From positions 53,872 through 73,871 of IMG/VR virus record IMGVR_UViG_3300046742_000152: 20,000 nt of DNA; one strand, 5' to 3'. Below are positions 16,543-20,000 of the stretch, piece by piece (positions within the stretch are counted from its first letter, which is position 1; each line of letters opens with the position of its first letter). Position numbers and translations under genes: made by a program. Under the pieces are notes generated by a model. That model was given only the letters and a program-made list of their open reading frames with translations. It did no database searches and was not told where the DNA came from. This DNA is from an uncultured virus (IMG/VR IMGVR_UViG_3300046742_000152) (Duplodnaviria > Heunggongvirae > Uroviricota > Caudoviricetes).

Positions 16543-16571
16543 ATTATAAACAATAATAAATTAAAAGTCAA
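16543..16571 (-). promoter_or_regulatory. Sigma70-type promoter for the hypothetical-recA-glycosyltransferase unit
   Basis: TTGACT (16571-16566), 17-nt spacer, TATAAT (16548-16543). Confidence 0.8.
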
Positions 16572-16590
16572 ATATTAAATTTAAAAAATA

Positions 16591-19500
16591 TTAACTGACA
16601 ATAACAGCGGTATGTCCATCTATAACTCCACAACTACCTGGAGATAGAAGCTCGTGAATTTTACACTTGCCGTTAAAACCTGTAAAATTATTTGCTATAT
16701 TATCAAGACTCACGGGCTGACTAGTTCCAGAACATGTTGATTGCTCCCCGCATGTATCTTGAAAATGTTGTATGTTATCTATTATTTCCTGATTACATTC
16801 GCACACCTGTTGAATTGTAGCGTTTCCAATGCTAGGATGAGCTTTCTGCTTTTCTTCATCACTCATAGATGCACAGCTATCGGAGGTGTTATATATATCA
16901 TATAAACTTGTTGTCGGATCAAAATTAACACAAGACATATTGAGTGCGCTACATACACCACTATTCACTAAATTTTGCATTCCCTCGTTTAGCTGACCCA
17001 AAGTTTGAGAAGTGCTTAAGAAAGGAGCGTTACGGTTATAAGTTAAGCTTGCCGACATCGTGACTTGGCACTTATCTTTTTCAAAATCAACTGGGACTTG
17101 AATGAAAGGAGTTGTCCTATCTGCGTTAGGGATACTTAAAATTATCGACCCTGGAAAGCCAACTGTTAAATTTGCTTGATGCACGACTGACCTTCCGTTT
17201 GAAATCTTTACAGTGTAATTAGGAATTGTTAATCTTTGTTCGCAGGGGTTATAGGTTCCTGCCACTGTAAGTTCTGAGAGTATGCTGCATATCCTGCCGC
17301 TTCCAGTCAAACTTGTAGAAAAAGAAACAGGCTGCTCAAACTCGTTATCTTGAGTTGATTGACAATTTTGACCAATAAATTTAATTGCATCTTTATCGCC
17401 ACTTTGAGCGCACAAAGTTATGCCTAAGTTATCTAACTGATCGCATATGCCATCAAAATCACAGTTCTTGATCTGATCTTCAGTGAGTTCAAGTTCATCT
17501 TGTTGTTCTCGAACCGTCCAAGAAACTATGCTCTCGTCGGATCCAGCATTGCAGCGCCCCCAGTTATTATCCTCTGGGGAAGTTCCAGGATTTGCAATGC
17601 AACCTTCAACTTCTTGTATTTGTGGAAATAAAGTTTCACTACTTTCTTGGCTCTCTCCGTAGGATCGACAGACGCCACTAGGAGGATTATGAAAAGGACT
17701 GTCGGGGTCACCAACTGCATCGCACCAAGTTTGTTGTTGACTAATGCTTCGACTGCAACATTCATCATCAGGGTTAAACGAAACGTCCTTTGTTAATACC
17801 TTGATAGACCCTGAACCAGATACACTAACAGATCCAGAGTTGGATAACTTTACGTTAAAGGTTGAATCGCAACCATCTCGCTTGCATATTTCAGTACTGT
17901 TTTTACAATTTAAACAAGTTGGGGTTGGTGTAGATTGTTTGCATTTTAGGTCGCTACAATTGTCAACAGCTTCTAGACCATCGACATCAAAGCTAGCTCC
18001 TGGTTGAGCGCCAGCTTGCTCGCAAGATGCATTACCTACTTCGGTACTACTATAGCATTTACCAGACCAAAAATAAACATCAGAAGGTGGTTCTGATCCA
18101 TCACAAACAAAAAAGTGTTCACAGCAATGATCGTTATACTCAGGATCTGCAGGAATTGGTAAGCGACCATCTCCAGACTGGCTGTTCCAAATACATTGTT
18201 TTCTTTCCCAGCATTTACAGCTTGGGGTTGGAGTGGGGGTTGGAGTTGGTCTGAGGCAGTCCAAATCGTCACAACTGTTCACTTTTACAGCATCGCCGTA
18301 ACTTCGACTAGTTAGACCATTTACGCATGGAAATTCTTCAACATCAGAAATGCAACTTAAATTTTCTTTTTCACCAACAGAAAAGACTTCCGAACGTGGA
18401 GGGGTGCTATCATCACAAACCACAACCATTTCAGTGCCTCCGCCAGAAACTTCACAATAAGTTTCTTTGTAACATTTGCAAGTAGGAGTGGGAGTAGGGG
18501 TAGGGGTAGGTTTTATGCAGGCTATAGCGTCACAATCGCTAACTGGGTGACAACCATTCAAGGCAAGTCCCAATTGCGAGGAGCAAAGACTATAATCTTC
18601 AACCGCTAATTCAGTGCATTGAAGTTCTTGTCCTTCACCACATTTTCTAAGACCTTCTACCTCAGGTTCGTAACTACAGACAAATCCGTACTTAGGGTCT
18701 TCTTCTCCACAGTCTAAACGGCTATAACAAACGCAAGTAGGAGTAGGTTCTGGAGTTGGTGTAGGATTACAATGGTTGCAATCCTCGATTGGCTCACAGT
18801 CTGACACATCAATATCTTTTTTGTCTGGACAATCAAAAATGTGATCTGCAAAATCACCGCACAGTTCTTCACCTGGACATCTAAATTTTTGCAAGGCGGA
18901 ACCTTGGAAGTCCCAATTAGCAAAGCCAGTTATTGCATTGTATAAAGTAAAACTGCCATCACAACCTTTAAAGCGATAACAATTGACAGTTGGTGTAGGG
19001 CTGGGAGTAGGAGTTGGTTTTTGGCATAGTTCATCTTCACAATCTTTGATAGTATCTTGACTGCAATTTTCTAAACTATGAAATCCTTCTCCGTCACATT
19101 CTATTGGATCAACTTCTTCAAAAAGAAAACAATGTTTATTTTGATTATGCCCGCATAATTTATAAACATCTGATAAATCGCCACCTTCATAATAACCGTA
19201 CTCAATATCTTTTTCATCGATGCAACTTGTTTTTGATAAACAATATACTGTTGGAGTTGGTGGTGGGGTTACAGTGGGTACATTATATGTTTCGCTAGGC
19301 GGAGGAGTTTCTGTGACAGGAGTTTCTGTGAATGATGAAGTTGGCGTTGGCGTTGACGTTCTAGTTCCAGTATACGAAGGTGTTTCAGTTGGAGAAGTTG
19401 TTGTAGTTGGAGATGGAGAGGGAGTCGGGCTAGTTGTTGGGGTTGGAGATGGAGTTTGTGTTCCAGTTTCCGAAGGTGTTTCAGTTGGAGATAAAGTTGG

Positions 19501-20000
19501 AGTTTCTGTTACAGTATACGAAGGTGTTTCAGTTGGAGTTAAAGTTGGAGTTTCTGTTACAGTATACGAAGGTGTTTCAGTTGGAGTTAAAGTTGGAGTT
19601 TCTGTTACAGTATACGAAGGTGTTTCAGTTGGAGAGAAAGTCGGGCTAGTTGTTGGAGATAAAGTTGGAGTTTCTGTTACAGTATACGAAGGTGTTTCAG
19701 TTGGAGATAAAGTTGGAGTTTCTGTTACAGTATACGAAGGTGTTTCAGTTGGAGATAAAGTTGGAGTTTCTGTTACAGTATACGAAGGTGTTACAGTATA
19801 CGAAGGTGTTTCAGTTGGAGTTAAAGTTGGAGTTTCTGTTACAGTATACGAAGGTGTTTCAGTTGGAGTAAGTGTTAGGGATGGAGAGAAAGTCGGGCTA
19901 GTTGTTGGAGTTAAAGTTGGAGTTTCTGTTACAGTATACGAAGGTGTTTCAGTTGGAGTAAGTGTTAGGGATGGAGAGAAAGTCGGGCTAGTTGTTGGAG
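16591..20000 (-). CDS. Large Thr/Pro-repeat, Cys-rich modular protein, 5'-partial (at least 1135 aa); probable virion or surface protein
   Basis: Reading codon by codon from 18894 to the window edge finds no in-frame stop, so TTG 18894 is internal. The visible part has a mucin-like repeat region, five Cys-rich modules separated by PTPTPT linkers, and a Cys-rich C-terminal region. Confidence 0.85.
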   Translation of the reverse strand, partial: PTTSPTFSPSLTLTPTETPSYTVTETPTLTPTTSPTFSPSLTLTPTETPSYTVTETPTLTPTETPSYTVTPSYTVTETPTLSPTETPSYTVTETPTLSPTETPSYTVTETPTLSPTTSPTFSPTETPSYTVTETPTLTPTETPSYTVTETPTLTPTETPSYTVTETPTLSPTETPSETGTQTPSPTPTTSPTPSPSPTTTTSPTETPSYTGTRTSTPTPTSSFTETPVTETPPPSETYNVPTVTPPPTPTVYCLSKTSCIDEKDIEYGYYEGGDLSDVYKLCGHNQNKHCFLFEEVDPIECDGEGFHSLENCSQDTIKDCEDELCQKPTPTPSPTPTVNCYRFKGCDGSFTLYNAITGFANWDFQGSALQKFRCPGEELCGDFADHIFDCPDKKDIDVSDCEPIEDCNHCNPTPTPEPTPTCVCYSRLDCGEEDPKYGFVCSYEPEVEGLRKCGEGQELQCTELAVEDYSLCSSQLGLALNGCHPVSDCDAIACIKPTPTPTPTPTCKCYKETYCEVSGGGTEMVVVCDDSTPPRSEVFSVGEKENLSCISDVEEFPCVNGLTSRSYGDAVKVNSCDDLDCLRPTPTPTPTPSCKCWERKQCIWNSQSGDGRLPIPADPEYNDHCCEHFFVCDGSEPPSDVYFWSGKCYSSTEVGNASCEQAGAQPGASFDVDGLEAVDNCSDLKCKQSTPTPTCLNCKNSTEICKRDGCDSTFNVKLSNSGSVSVSGSGSIKVLTKDVSFNPDDECCSRSISQQQTWCDAVGDPDSPFHNPPSGVCRSYGESQESSETLFPQIQEVEGCIANPGTSPEDNNWGRCNAGSDESIVSWTVREQQDELELTEDQIKNCDFDGICDQLDNLGITLCAQSGDKDAIKFIGQNCQSTQDNEFEQPVSFSTSLTGSGRICSILSELTVAGTYNPCEQRLTIPNYTVKISNGRSVVHQANLTVGFPGSIILSIPNADRTTPFIQVPVDFEKDKCQVTMSASLTYNRNAPFLSTSQTLGQLNEGMQNLVNSGVCSALNMSCVNFDPTTSLYDIYNTSDSCASMSDEEKQKAHPSIGNATIQQVCECNQEIIDNIQHFQDTCGEQSTCSGTSQPVSLDNIANNFTGFNGKCKIHELLSPGSCGVIDGHTAVIVS
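19470..20000 (-). repeat. Coding tandem repeat: 48-bp unit (PTETPSYTVTETPTL[S/T]) with in-frame variants, including a 90-bp higher-order unit
   Basis: TACAGTATACGAAGG recurs at about 19510, 19558, 19606, 19678, 19726, 19774, 19792, 19840 and 19930. The spacings (48, 48, 72, 48, 48, 18, 48, 90) are all multiples of 3. Confidence 0.92.

Noticed and set aside
465..16591. Alternative genetic code (stop codon reassignment)
   Set aside because: Genes are full length under code 11, and TAA, TAG (7215) and TGA (13587) all occur at plausible gene ends.
18892..18894. TTG start proposed for the 767-aa ORF
   Set aside because: It falls in the middle of a Cys module, and the frame stays open upstream to position 20000.
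17526..18923. Short ORFs 17526-17768, 17744-18007, 18027-18254, 18036-18272 and 18714-18923
   Set aside because: Nested in or antisense to the large Cys-rich gene, with no motifs or expression signals.
19104..19871. Plus-strand ORFs 19104-19298, 19434-19649 and 19650-19871
   Set aside because: Antisense shadows of the large minus-strand gene and its repeat.
19470..20000. Possible CRISPR array, given the Cas4-like gene in the window
   Set aside because: The units are contiguous with no unique spacers, all periods are multiples of 3, and they encode an open Thr/Pro frame.

Overview
AT-rich, gene-dense window with nearly all genes on the minus strand and overlapping or abutting gene junctions. 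It is most consistent with a large (jumbo-type) dsDNA bacteriophage; this origin is inferred, as no capsid or terminase gene is in view. In transcription order (right to left) it holds: the 3' part of a very large Thr/Pro-repeat, Cys-rich modular protein (frame open to the window edge, longer than the ORF track shows); a hypothetical gene; recA/uvsX; a GT11-like fucosyltransferase; a three-domain glycosyltransferase; a Vsr/DUF559-like endonuclease; a small hypothetical gene; dnaB; dnaG; a Cas4/AddB-like PD-(D/E)XK nuclease; another hypothetical gene; a family C DNA polymerase spread over three genes (degenerate PHP, DEDDh exonuclease, DnaE core); a ClpC/ClpA-type unfoldase; and a tmRNA gene absent from the ORF track (tag GNKSRIQAYSPQSEQLALAA*). 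Main points of interest are the tmRNA next to a Clp unfoldase (possible phage tag-and-degrade module), the three-gene polymerase, two promoter classes (three sigma70-type promoters and a GTGTA-N9/10-start motif), a hidden 23-aa hydrophobic ORF, a primase lacking zinc ligands, and a mucin-like protein near glycosyltransferases. All calls come from reading motifs by eye; no searches were run.
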